A stretch of DNA of 63,101 bases, the filler included, from Welwitschia mirabilis (Eukaryota), in the NCBI GenBank assembly GCA_051453625.1. It is 7 parts of one record of this genome, joined end to end, with 100 filler letters (N's around TTAATTAATTAA, not from the genome) between each part and the next. Parts side by side here need not be neighbours in the genome. Positions count along the whole stretch, not along the records: positions 1 to 8,824 come from JBOZIK010000001.1; positions 8,925 to 17,791 come from JBOZIK010000001.1; 5 more parts are not named here. One strand, given 5' to 3'. Positions 1 through 12,187 of this stretch are shown in pieces. Under the pieces are notes generated by a model that was given only the letters and a program-made list of their open reading frames with translations, was not told the DNA's origin and made no database searches. Positions within the stretch are counted from its first letter, which is position 1, and each line of letters begins with the position of its first letter. The position numbers were made by a program, and so were the translations under genes.

Positions 1-1873
1 TATCTTGGGTTGTATGATTATTTGAAGGAGGGTTTATACTTAGGTTTAAAGGAAGAACCTGATTGATGGTAAGGCTTTTTCTCATTATGATAAGATCCTT
101 TACAGTGATTAGGATCTAGTTGATTGGCATAGCAAATTTTTTGCCTCACTACTTCCTTTAGAATTGGTCAAAATGGGAATTCAGTGACTACATGATTTTC
201 TTTACATAATTCACAAGTAGGAGTTGGTGGGGTATGCAATTTTGCTAATTTCATCTCTAGGATTGCTTTAACCATTATCCTTATAAGTGGGTTATCATTG
301 TCACTACTTTCTTCTTCTTCATACATGTGTTGTTTTTGTTTGCCGTCTCGATGTTTAACATGATGGATTTTCCTTAAAGATTGTTTAAGAGTTTTCTTTT
401 CTCTAGGCTTAGGCCATACTTGGCTAAGTTCAACTAAGCCTTGTAAATGTTGTCATGCTTCTTTAGTTATTTCTTGAAATAAACTCCCTCCACAAGAAAG
501 ATCTATCATTTTTTTGTTGCACTCGTAAGCCATTATAGAAATGGTAAATTAATTCTTATTATTGAAATTCATCTATGGGATTGATTGAAATTAAAATTAG
601 AAATATTTCCTAAGATGAAGCATAGTCCTCATTATCTTTTTGTTGAAAATTTATTACCTCATAATGTCTTTGTCTCAAAGTGTTTCCACTTAGAAATCAT
701 TTAATAAAGCTTTTTTTGGTAGCCTTCCAAGTTTTAAGACTTTTGTGGGGTAAGGTTTTAAGCCAGTTTTTTACTTTTCCACTCAATGTATAAGGGAATA
801 CTATCATATAATTTCTATCAGTTATAGGTTTATTTCCATTACACTGAGCATCAGTTGTTTAATGGCAACAATGCATTTATAAAAATCTTCATAAATTTAT
901 CTATAGAAAGAGGGATAGGCATTAAGATTTTTAATTTCTATATCATCCCCAATAGGATGGTCAAAAGGATTATGAGTTTTTCTAATTTTTGCTCCATATT
1001 TATTCTTAAGAGTTGGTTGGGAATCACTAGAAATTGTAGACATTATGGGAGTTGTAGAATTCTAATTCATATGTTTATTATTCAAAAAAATGTAAAGTTG
1101 AAGCTTTACTTATAGAAAAATTGAAATTAAGCCTAGAAGGACTCATCATAGAAGAGGTGACTTTTGATTCGAGAAGGGACTTAAAAATTCTAGAAGATGA
1201 ATCAATAAGAAATTAAAAGCTTTCAAAATGTAAAGTGCTATCTTCTAGTAAATTAGATTGATCAAATTTAGAAATAAAAATTTGCTCACCTCTAGTCCTT
1301 GAATTATANNNNNNNNNNNNNNNNNNNNNNNNNNNNNNNNNNNNNNNNNNNNNNNNNTGAAAAGGTACCTTATTCGCTTCAGATTTTGATGGCATCCCCT
1401 TGCTTAACATGAAAATTCCAATCTTTAACTCAAAACTATTGTAGGTAATCTCCAGGTTCACATTAAAGTGCAAGGAGTAGACCCAATGATTAAGAGTGAT
1501 GTTTTTTAATGGAATATTCAGTATGTGATAATCCTTCCAGATGGCATAAAGTGCAAAAAGAGAATTGGAAAAGAAGAGTTAATTTATAATGAAAAAGGGC
1601 ACAGAACATAAACAACAAGTGAAAACAATGTGTTACCCNNNNNNNNNNNNNNNNNNNNNNNNNNNNNNNNNNNNNNNNNNNNNNNNNNNNNNNNNNNNNN
1701 NNNNNNNNNNNNNNNNNNNNNNNNNNNNNNNNNNNNNNNNNNNNNATTACACCAATAGTTATTAAATAAAAACCAAACGTAAATAGAAATAATAATAGCA
1801 TAAATTCAATCCACTTACTTTTGATTTGAATGCACTTGATAGCTTATTCTGACATTCCCCGACAATGGCATCA
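1..1873 (-). mobile_element. Decayed Athila-type Ty3/gypsy internal region (5' leader and gag remnant), running off the window start
   Basis: Minus strand ~720-800 reads VFPYTLSGKVKNWLKTLPHKSLKTWK, matching the Retrotrans_gag 'FPFSL..KAK.WL..LP..S..TW' motif, with many stops. A degenerate tRNA-Asp PBS lies at 1856-1873. Confidence 0.75.
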
Positions 1874-2957
1874 AAATGTTGGTAGCCTAAATTTTCACTT
1901 CAAAAATAATCAATGCTTGAAATAAGGAAATTGTAATTAGGCTTAGTATAGAGTGAATTAACCAATGAATGTTATAATCTGGAGAGCATAAGGCAACAAT
2001 CTTATCAAGCACATAAATGAGAAGGAATGTAACTTAAATTACAATCCAATATTTGAATTAATTTTTATGTTTTTATAATATAAAAAGTAAATTAAGAATG
2101 CAACTATTCTAATGTGCAATGCAAAGTAGGAAAATAAGATAAAATACAAGCCTATAATAATCAAATTTCTGAGTTGTTGTCTCCAAATCAGCCATTATAA
2201 CCTATGTNNNNNNNNNNNNNNNNNNNNNNNNNNNNNNNNNNNNNNNNNNNNNNNNNNNNNNNNNNNNNNNNNNNNNNNNNNNNNNNNNNNNNNNNNNNNN
2301 NNNNNNNAGAGAATAGGAAAAGAAGAGACAATTTATAATGAAAAAGGGCACACAACATAAACAACAAGTGAAAACAATGTGTTATCCTCTAAAGGTTAAT
2401 AATCTTGCTTGGATAGGGGTGGACCTTAGAGATAATCTTGTCTTTGATCAAAGGGTAAGTAGATCTCTTTATGTAATCTCCTCAGAGCAAGTAGATTGCA
2501 TTAATAGGTATTAGATTAAAACCAAAAATAAATAGAAATAATGATAGTACAAATCCAATCCACTTACTTTTGATTTGAATGCACTTGATAGCTTTATTTG
2601 ATGCTCCTCAGAAATGGCAAAAAAATGTTGGTTGCCTAAATTTGCACTTCAAAAATAATCAATGCTTGAAACAAGAAAATTGAAATTAGGCTTAGTATAG
2701 GATGAATTAACCAACGAATGTTATAATCTAGAGATTGTAAGGCAATAATTTAATCAGCACATAAATGAAAAGGAATGAAACTTAAATTTTAATACAATAT
2801 TTAAATTAATTTTTGTGTTTTTATAATGAAAAAAGGAAAATTAGCAATGCAACTATTCTAATGTGTAATGCAAAGTAGAAAGGTAAGATAAAATGCAAGC
2901 CTATGATAACTAAATCTAGGAGTTATTATCACCCAACTTAGCCCTTATGACCTATGT
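1560..2957. repeat. Diverged tandem duplication (period ~750 bp) of leader, PBS and LTR end
   Basis: 1560-2207 and 2308-2957 align, e.g. tttataatgaaaaagggcaca, ccacttacttttgatttgaatgcacttgatagc and atgttgg(t/a)gcctaaattt, with many substitutions. Confidence 0.85.
1856..1873 (-). promoter_or_regulatory. Primer-binding site (tRNA-Asp type), degenerate
   Basis: tccccgacaatggcatca versus TCCCCGGCAACGGCGCCA (3' end of plant tRNA-Asp). It is followed by aaa and the LTR terminus TGTTG at 1877. Confidence 0.7.
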
Positions 2958-3818
2958 ATAATTTATAATTGACCTAGAAAATAGTATTAATTAAACTTCA
3001 ACATAAATTATAAGAGAAATCATAAGATTTGAAGAAGATAAAAGACATTATTAAATCAATGGAATGTGTTACAATACCTCAGCAAAGTAGTGACTCATCA
3101 ATGTTAGAAACACAGCCTTCACACCAAGAACGATATCTTCTATGCTGAATTAGATCCTTGACTCCTTCAATGCTTTTTGTCACTAATCCTCCAATGCAAA
3201 AATATGACCAAATGATGCGAAATGGAGATTTTTATAGCTTTCCTAAGATGGTTATGAGTCAAAGAGATTAGTATAGGTGAAGAGGCATCATTAGGTATAA
3301 ACTAGACCTTAATTAACTCAGTTATGAAGAATTTATGGCACTATCATATTACTATCATTGTGGGCATGATAAGGGACATGACAAACTTCCATCATCCAAT
3401 CATAACTCATCATGTCAAAATCCCGTTAGTATTTGAATTCGCAAATAACGGCTATGTCGTCTTCTATGTCATGAAAACAATAGACCCCATAATAGCCACA
3501 TTAGTAAGCCACGTTAGCCTCATCAAGTTAGTCTTGCCATCTTCCTTTGAATGCAATTGTTTATGTGGTCATGCCTTATGTCATGGGGATGACAGAGGGG
3601 ATGATAGTTATTTTCTTGGTCTTTACCTCCACTTTTTTCTCCACTTTGTTTCTTAGTTGAATTCTTACCCTTCTAGATGAAAATATGGCATTTAATATAT
3701 AGTTAGATTATTAGATCAGTTCACGATAAAATGCTTGAAAATGACTAAATTAAGTTCCAGTTCCCTAAAAAACATCACCAATTATATCATTAAAGCATGA
3801 TAATTTGGGATTGCAATA
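2626..3818 (-). mobile_element. 5' LTR of the Athila-type element at 1-1873
   Basis: Starts TGTTG next to the second PBS copy. Ends taatttgggattgcaata, resembling the family end aagttggcattgcaaca (36854-36870) with CA>TA decay. Confidence 0.6.
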
Positions 3819-4049
3819 AAGTAAAATCCTTTATGACATTGATTTGTTTATTTTTTGTTCTTATTTCATTTTGTTCATGTTTTACCCCTTTTAGATCTTT
3901 AATGATTTCGTTTATTATTTAGTTTTCTCTAAGTGAGGAGTTAGGCCATGTTTGACTTACTTCTATCAAGTATTCCAACACTTTTCAAGTATTATATAAG
4001 GTTTGATTTAACAAGTTACCTCCACACAAAAAATCTATAAGTTGCTTTA

Positions 4050-6472
4050 TGTGATTGTTTAATCCACGGTAAAACTAGTCTATTAGTTTTACCTATAAAA
4101 AGGCATCTACAGGTTTTAAATGTAAAGTAACAAAGAATCTCTGATAGGTAGAGGCATAGTATTCATTAGGCATCATTGGAAGTTGGTGACTTTTTTCTTG
4201 CATTTTCAAATGGTGATTTCACCCATAAATCTCTTGATAAAGGCTTCCTAAACTTGACTCCATGATTTTAGGCTTTTATAGGAAAGTATTTTTAACCATA
4301 GTTTAGCCTTACCTTTTAAAGTTATGAGGAATATGACTATGTAATTTCTATTACTTATGTGTTTTTAACCATTTTCAAAAGTGAGAACTAATTATTCAAT
4401 GTCCGTAATGTGTTGTAAGGGATTTTCATTGGATTCCCTAGTAAAAGCAGAATATGCATTTAGGTTTCTTAATTCAAGATCATCATTGAGAGGTAAGTCA
4501 AATGGGGTTTGGATTTTACATTTCTTATTTGCTATGAGATCTCTAAAGGTAACATGGGCATTGGTACAGACAAGAGTAGTTATAAGGGTTCCAATGACAA
4601 GGAATGGATTGGTGAGATAGGTTACTTTTATTTCTGGGATGAGGCAGACATGATTAGAAATAAAAAAATTCTCATCTAAATAATCATTTGAAAAATTTTT
4701 GTTTAGAAAAATCAGACTCCATAAAAATGAAAGTAAATATTGTAGGAATATCTAAATTTTGTGTACATTTGCTATGTTTACCTAAGTTAGTTTATAAGTC
4801 TATCAAACCATCTCGAATATTTTCTTCAATAAATAACTACTCTCTCTATTATTTTTCTTTCTTACCAAATTTTACCATACATGCTTAATAGCATATGCAT
4901 AGAGTGTTATCCCTGCAGTTAACTAAATGATAGTCTTGACAATAGAAACACAAAAACTACAAAAAAAAGAAAAAGCAAAAAACATAAATAAAACTTATAG
5001 ATGCATAAAACTTTGAAAGTAGACTATCATCAATCTAAGTCATCTAGATGATAGAGGGAACGACAAGAAAAATCCAAAAAAAAGTTTTTTAACAAAATAA
5101 AAATATAAAACTCATGACATAGAGGCTGTTACCATTGCATGTCATCTAGACCATGAAGTAGGCAACTAACTTTTTATTACAGAATAGAATGACAACTTTT
5201 ATTCGAAAATAGAAAACTGACACTCCAAAAAAGAAAGAAGCCTATGCTACTGTACATAATAGTACACTATTGTTACAGGTAAGTATCCAAACTAAAATAT
5301 GCATCAGAGCAATAAAAACTCTTAAAAACTCTATGTAGCCTTCCCCAACAACGACGCCAAGATGTTGTGATATATATTTATGTAATGTTACATCCCTAAT
5401 TAAGTCAAATCCTATAAATCATAAATATTTGCACAAACACAACATACTAATATAGATAAGAGTACCCTAAATATCATAATCTATCAAAGGCCAAGTTAGA
5501 AGTTAGGAGAGTTGGTTTTCAGAAGGAAAAATACTTATATTCTAATTACAAAAAAGAACTTGCAATGCATGAAAATAAAATGTAATACACTCATGTAAAG
5601 CTAATCTAGGAAAAGGAAAGAACAATTCACATAACCTAAACTAACCATGCACAACCTCAATAAAAGTTGCCCTTATATCCTATATTACTAAAAAACTATC
5701 ACTAAATCAAAAACAACATAAGCTATGAGGTTGAGAAACAAACATGCACTGAAATCAGAAAAGAAAATGTTTTCTATTAAATCACAAACCACATCTGTGT
5801 TACAAAGTAGTCACACCTTAAAAGAGGAAACATCACTCAACACCAAGAAAAATGTCTTTCTACAACTATAAGGGTAGATCTCTGGCCCTTTAATCTCTTT
5901 TCATGAGTATTTTAGATGCAAATGGAGATACGTAGGAGTAGAGGATGAGATCACTATTTATTAACACACAAGCACATAACAAGATAAACCGAAAGGCGTG
6001 GATAAAACCATAATGATCGGATGAGAAGAAACAAATATACATGTGGTACAAGTTAAGTGAATGTTTAGTGCAGACATTACCACAGTGTTATTCAACTGGT
6101 TATTTAGACAGTAAAAGTGATAATGCTACCTCATAATTAATCCACATTGACTGCTAGATTGATTATAGTCAGCATCCCTATTAGCAAAAATTGGTTGGTC
6201 ATCTGTATAGTCATCTAGATGATGACATGGATAATGGCCTTTTACAAATATTTAATTAATGCATCAGCCTTAATGTTTTATAAAAATGTTGTCTCAGAAA
6301 TGCAAAGTATTTAGAATTTCTCAAATTAATGTAAATCATCATGAAGATTGTATGTTTTTATTCCTTTCATCTCAATTCTCCATTACTACAGAAATCAAGA
6401 ATTTACTTATTTATTAACTTGAAAAACTACTTAAAATACCCTAGTAAATATATGTAATTTGGCAGCACAATA
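4050..6472 (-). mobile_element. Truncated Athila-type element: gag remnant, leader, tRNA-Asp PBS (5342-5359) and LTR (5363-6472)
   Basis: PBS tccccaacaacgacgcca is followed by TGTTGTGA at 5363. The LTR ends aatttggcagcacaata. A gag-like minus-strand segment (~4280-4340, F.ITFKR*G*AKLWLKILSYKSLKSW) parallels the one at ~720-800. Confidence 0.75.
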
Positions 6473-6789
6473 GTTATCCTAAAACTAGTTGAAACATAAA
6501 GGCATGTAAAGGAAAAGGAGGTTAAGGTTGAATTTGTTATATGATTGGACTAGTGATTGGTTGAGATAGGTAGCTTGGAAGATTGAGTTGATTAAAAGTT
6601 TAATCAACTACTATTACATTTTTTAAATTATTTTCTTTGTTGTTGTTATTACTATGATCCTTTCTTGTTAATTCACCTTGTGAATTATTACCATATTTAA
6701 TGGCATATTTTTTCTCTACCTACAACTTCTATTCTTTTTGCTAATGTGAAGCTTGTTCAAATGTTTTAAATAATTACATTCTGAGATGT

Positions 6790-8824
6790 TCAAAAACATA
6801 TGGGACACATAACTTGATAAAAAGATATGCCATATAAGAGTCTACAATAGGGGTTTCTAACTATAAGTCCATAATCCACTATCTCATGCATAGTATTAAA
6901 TGATTTTGNNNNNNNNNNNNNNNNNNNNNNNNNNNNNNNNNNNNNNNNNNNNNNNNNNNNNNNNNNNNNNNNNNNNNNNNNNNNNNNNNNNNNNNNNNNN
7001 NNNNNNNNNNNNNNNNNNNNNNNNNNNNNNNNNNNNNNNNNNNNNNNNNNNNNNNNNNNNNNNNNNNNNNNNNNNNNNNNNNNNNNNNNNNNNNNNNNNN
7101 NNNNNNNNNNNNNNNNNNNNNNNNNNNNNNNNNNNNNNNNNNNNNNNNNNNNNNNNNNNNNNNNNNNNNNNNNNNNNNNNNNNNNNNNNNNNNNNNNNNN
7201 NNNNNNNNNNNNNNNNNNNNNNNNNNNNNNNNNNNNNNNNNNNNNNNNNNNNNNNNNNNNNNNNNNNNNNNNNNNNNNNNNNNNNNNNNNNNNNNNNNNN
7301 NNNNNNNNNNNNNNNNNNNNNNNNNNNNNNNNNNNAACTATAAGGCCATAATCCTCTATCTCATGCATATTATTAAATGATTTTGCTAAATTATTGTCTC
7401 ATTATTGTTGAAGAGTCTAATTTCATTTATTTTATAATATTGATTGAATAATGTTATATAAACATTTCGAATGGTTCTTTTAGACTTATGATGGAGTGAG
7501 TTAGTAATTGATGATACCATTCAAGAGCTTGTAATCTAAGAGATCAATGAAATAGATGACATAATGTGTTTCATTCTATATTATACATGTGATAAGAGTG
7601 TTTAAATTTCTTGACATGGATAATAGTATCTTCAACACTTTTAAATTTCTCAAAATAAGGCATTTCACTGGGCAAAATGATTTTGCAATGAACAGAAGAG
7701 TGAATTAGTGTATCATCAATGTCTATGTTAAGGTAATTTTTCTTGTTTTAAAGGCCTTGTTTAACATTATTAATGACCTATCAAAGCATGTTATATTCAG
7801 TTGATTAGATTTGAGGTTTATCTTCCTTAGATTATTGAGTTTCAAATGGTCCTTCATCATTTATTTCATACTCAAATAAGCTATCATCATCATAATTCAT
7901 TTTTGGGATTTGTGATCTAGATTTTTGTGATGTTTTTGGTTTTTGTTATGATTCCTTTTATTTATGAANNNNNNNNNNGGAAAAAGGATTCCTCAAAGAG
8001 AACCTTATTTTTAACATCTGATAGTACTAATTTTATAATTGCTAGTGATCATATTCTTTTAGTGCAATGGATTAAGTAATTTTTCCAATAGCTCCTATAG
8101 TCATTCAAGTAATTTTCCCAATAGCTCCTATAGTCATTCATGGAACAAAGTTAATCGAGAGTAAAAGTTGAAGGGTTTTATTAAATGAGTACCTTGTACT
8201 CATCTTCTGAAATGTAGGTTTTTTTTCCACGAGTTGACATTGGCATTATAGCTATTATTGAGTGTAATAAGATGGTAGGCAAAGGTAGAGAGTAAAATGA
8301 ATGTGATTAAAAATTGATTAAGAAAATGATAAAAGACCTACATAAGAAGGCCTCCTTCTAGCACCAAAACTATTGCTAAATTTTTTCGTAACATTAATTT
8401 ATGATTTTGGTTAATCATGGCTTTACCTAGCACCCTCCTTCTAGTGCCAAAACTGTTATGACTGTTTTACACAACATTGATGTTGATTATGATTTTGATT
8501 TTCCAAATGATGTTTGATTTTGATTTAAAAAGCAATATGTAAAAAGAATTTTTTTGGACAAAAGTTTTAAAACTAATTGAAGATGCTTTACATGATTTAT
8601 GCATAAAACAAATTGAAGATACTTCACATGAACTAATATTTGGACAAATGAAATGAAGCTAGCAAAATTTAATATTAGAACATAAGACCTAAAAATAGAT
8701 GCTTGGAGTTTAAAACTTTCAAGATCAATAGTAACACATATTAATCTTTACAGCTAAATTACTTTGAAGAACAAATAGAGATGAAAATAGAATTAATTAA
8801 GTTTTTTATAGATTATAAAATAAA
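6790..8824 (-). mobile_element. Tat/Retand-type Ty3/gypsy remnant: gag (~7340-7720), leader, tRNA-Asn PBS and partial LTR (8454-8824)
   Basis: Minus strand gives EMPYFEKFKSVEDTIIHVKKFKH and LRLQALEWYHQLLTHSIISLKE (Tat/Ogre-like gag). ccctccttctagtgcca at 8433-8449 matches the plant tRNA-Asn 3' end CCCTCCTTCTAGCGCCA, and TGTTATG follows at 8454. Confidence 0.6.
8074..8139. repeat. 33-bp tandem repeat, 2 copies
   Basis: aagtaattttYccaatagctcctatagtcattc twice, with one mismatch. Confidence 0.9.
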
Positions 8825-8924
8825 NNNNNNNNNNNNNNNNNNNNNNNNNNNNNNNNNNNNNNNNNNNNTTAATTAATTAANNNNNNNNNNNNNNNNNNNN
8901 NNNNNNNNNNNNNNNNNNNNNNNN
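8825..8924. other. Artificial scaffold-join spacer (44N-TTAATTAATTAA-44N)
   Basis: Exactly 100 bp. The same construct recurs at 17792, 37801, 45947, 52628 and 60902. Confidence 0.97.
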
Positions 8925-10249
8925 AAGCCAAGAAGCCCCAAGAACTATATCACATCCATGGAGAGGGAGTATATAGAATTCTGAAGTAAAATTAAAGCCT
9001 TCGATAGTAAGAGGAAGATTATTGCATGTACCTTGAATTCATAAACGCTCACCATTGGCTACTATGACCTCAAGAGAATTGTCATTAGTCCATCGAAAGT
9101 TGGGTTGTTTCATCAAGTTTGGATGGATGAAGTTGTGGATGCTATCAGAATCGATGAGAATAGAAACATGTTGCTTCTTAAATTCTGCCTTAACCCTCAC
9201 TGTCTTGGGGGATAGAGAACCAGTCATGGTATGCATAGAGATCTCTGGTTGCAGTTCTTCCATGGGTTCTTCTATTGCATCTAACTCTGCTTCTAATTCA
9301 TCTTTGGGCCAATATCCTTCAATAAGGAATAGTTGTTTTGTCTTAGAACGATGGCCAGGATCAAACTTCTCATCACAGTTATAACATAGCCCCTTATCTT
9401 TTCTAACCTTGGCCTCGACTAGTGTTAGTTGTTTGATTGATGTAGGTGCAAGATACTATAAGAGATAGAAGTAGTTATGGCGTGATTCACCTTATTTTGC
9501 CTATGTAGGACAATTAATTAGTCTTTCTTAAGCCTTGCTAATCTGATGGATTGAGTCATAGTTTTGGGTTGGAACATGCGGACTTTATGCTTTAACCTGT
9601 CTTTTAGCCCACTTATGAAATAACTCACAAAAAAATCTTCAGTCAGTCCTGATGTTTGATTAGCCAGTTGTTAAAAGCAGGACTGGTAGTCACGAACAAT
9701 AGAGGTTTATCGCAATTTGGTAAGTTCTCCAGTGTGGTCCTCATACATGTTTGAACCAAAGCACGTGCATAATCCTTCCACAAATTCCTTCCAGGAAACA
9801 ACACTCTGATATTTTTCTAGCCATTGGTACCATTGAAGTGCCTCCTTCTCAAGATGAAAGGAAGCCAAAAGGACCTGTTGTGATTCTAGAGTAAGCTTGA
9901 ATCTGACAAATTGTTCAGCTCGGTAAATCCAGCCATCAGGATCTTCCCCATGAAAACGTGGGAATTCCAAGTGTGTGATTTGAGGTTGAATGACACTCCT
10001 ATTTCCTGTGTTGTATTCTAGGCCTGTTTGGTGGTTATAAGCAACATGCTTATCACCCATGGCAGAAGATTCTCCAGACTGGGATGTCGAATGACCCATT
10101 TGAAGACTCAATCTAGTAATCATTGATTTCAAGTCCTCAACGGTGGTATTGGTGGTATTGTTGAATAACCTTATCTCTTGAATTTGTCTCTTATGTCCTT
10201 CTAATATAGCCTTCACCTCATCGTCCATCTTTGCCTTTTGCGTGCGCAT
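8925..10249 (-). pseudogene. Disrupted gag-protease polyprotein of the chromovirus-like element
   Basis: ORF pieces 9707-10249 and 9039-9263 are separated by stops/frameshifts. The protease D-S-G motif has become D-S-D. Confidence 0.85.
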
Positions 10250-10542
10250 CAACGAAGTCGTGACTCTGATACCAAATGTTATGATCCTAGTCGTATCAAA
10301 GCATAAAAGTTGTAAATAGATNNNNNNNNNNNNNNNATCAAGCCTCCAATAATCACTTTCAGGGTGATTGGCCTCCAAACACATAATGTCACTTTTTTCG
10401 ATGATGCCAAAGCATTACAATACCCACTTATTTATAGGATACAAGTCCTCTACAACAGAACTCCTAATCAATATAGGATTTTAAGGAAATAACATAAAAT
10501 AACAAACTATGAAGCCCTTAATAAATTCTGGGGTCAATAACA
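8925..10542 (-). mobile_element. Chromovirus-like (Reina-type) Ty3/gypsy, 5' part: short LTR, iMet PBS, gag, zinc knuckle and protease, cut by the scaffold join
   Basis: LTR 10277-10542 is bounded by TGTTAT...ATAACA. PBS actctgatacca (10263-10274) is the reverse complement of TGGTATCAGAG. Gag LEFPRFHGEDPDGWIYRAEQF...ASFHLEKEALQWYQW, knuckle KGLCYNCDEKFDPGH (~9350-9395) and protease ILIDSDSIHNFI are present. Confidence 0.9.
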
Positions 10543-11164
10543 GAAATTATAACAATAAACTATAGGAATAGATTATTCTGAGTGATGTCTTGCTCTCTCA
10601 TCCTCCGATCCTTTGCTACTCTTTGATGCCGTTGTCCGCTGGTTCTCCTCTGCAACCACTATCTCTTTTTTGTGAATGCTCTATTCTGGCTCCTCAAAGC
10701 TATTCATTTGAATGCCTTTTCTCCTGTTTGTTTTCTGTTATGATGCGCGCTTTTTGATGTGCCTCAAGATCTTCTCCGCATTACTTCCCAAAATCTGTCG
10801 CACGAGCATTGTTGGGTTTATATTTACTGACTTTAACTGATTTTAGAGTGTGTATTTATCATCAGTTGTGAAACAGTGAGTTGTGTAACCGTTTTAAGAG
10901 GGAGTGATTACTAGAGCTACTGCCACAGAATACGCAGATGCTCTCAAATCTGGATGCCAGTCTAGACGCGTGTTTGAATCCGTCTCATCTTCATTCTCAA
11001 AGAGTATGAAGATTGTAAACCCTTTGATGCTGAAAAAGGGAGTTGGGAGATGACAGAGCTATGAGCAAATTGAATTGAATTGTAAGTCAAAATGAAACGG
11101 AACCTCGCTGAATCGCTAATCCTACATAAGCTTTCTTTATATAGCAAAAAGGAAGGACACTGGT

Positions 11165-11266
11165 GCTGAAGCAACTCACATGGCGATAGCCAATGTCGCT
11201 GTAGGGATGATTTCATCCATTGTGTCACAAGTTTATTTTGTACCACTTGATGTTATTTGCCAAAAG
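11165..11266 (+). pseudogene. Fragment of a mitochondrial carrier (SLC25A44-like plant subfamily)
   Basis: Translates AEATHMAIANVAVGMISSIVSQVYFVPLDVICQK. This contains the carrier signature P-x-D-x-x-x-x-K/R and resembles the plant SLC25A44-like second repeat '..ATR.AIANGVAGM.S..VS..YFVPLDV.CQRLMVQG'. Confidence 0.65.
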
Positions 11267-11267
11267 A

Positions 11268-12187
11268 CATGGTTTTAATGTAACTACAATTAATAGTAAA
11301 AGTCGGCAAAGAAGAACTAACATTCTGGTTTGCAATTGTTCAACTAGTACTAGGTTATTGGAAGAATAAGGAAAATCCATTTAGCTTCAATGAGAGCAAT
11401 GAAAGTGGAGCCCAATAGGCAACTAATGTCCTCAATGAAGGCGATAAAGAAGACAGTCTCAACAAAGACCATAAAGAAGACGACGATGGTGATAGTGATG
11501 TTATACTAAAACCGACTCATAAGCCTTTGTTAAAGGCTCCTCCAAAGTTACAGTCTGAGCATAACCCTGTCAACAATAATGGGGTGTCAGTTTTTTGGAA
11601 ACCCAAGACAGATAACCAGAATGGCTCTCGAGCAAAAGGCTTAGATTCAGATTTGCAGGGCAGTGCTTCTTCACTAGATATGGTTATCAAAAAAGTGGGA
11701 GGGGGATTGAAAAGAAGGGTGAACAGAAGGTTTTCATTTGGTAAAAGCGTTTGAAGAAAAGGGGACCCAGTTAAACCTCCATAGAGTACACTGAGACCTA
11801 CAAAAAACGTGATTCTAAGAGATGTGAATGCTACCCCTAAAGAATTCATTTTTAGAGAAGCTAGATCCCTTGTAAGGTTTAGCACAGTTTCAGAACCAAT
11901 ATTTCAAATCCTTCGAGAGTAAGCTTAGGCTCTTTTAAGGGCAAAGATCATCAGAAAAAGCAGGGAAGTAAGGAAGGGGGCTCCAAAAGGATGGCTAGCT
12001 TGAAGAAGACATATGTTGCCGATGATGAGGATAAGCCCTTTAATATTTCAGAAATGTCAGATTCTGGCAAACTCAGATACAAAAGAGGTCGCAGAAAAGG
12101 GAGGAGGAGAGCTGTAAGGGCTGAAAGTGCCGTGGTTAAGGCTCCTACAAGGGCAGATACAATTGAGGTTGGGAAAGAGGGAATATT
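11268..12187 (+). pseudogene. cpIF2: Disabled fragment resembling the N-terminal region of nuclear-encoded chloroplast translation initiation factor 2
   Basis: Collinear motifs: VCNCSTSTRLLEE*GKSI (cf. VC.YSVTT.FIAEQGNSV), DGDSDVILKPTHKPLLK (cf. EIVLKPAPKPVLK), KSV*RKGDPV (cf. KSVWRKGD.V, TGA at 11752), KNVILRDVNATPK (cf. KPVILKDVGAAPK) and RRKGRRRAVRAESAVVKAPTRADTIEVGKEGI (cf. RKAVRLQAAKDAAPVKAEILEV.EEGM). Stops and frameshifts are present and there is no GTPase domain. Confidence 0.7.

Noticed and set aside
6855-7386. Near-identical ~50-bp sequences on both sides of a gap
   Set aside because: Typical overlapping contig ends or haplotypes left unmerged, so probably an assembly artefact.
8433-8449. 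tRNA-like sequences at 1856, 5342, 8433, 10263, 25545 and 57164 as tRNA genes
   Set aside because: They cover only 12-18 nt of tRNA 3' ends including CCA, next to LTR termini. These are primer-binding sites.
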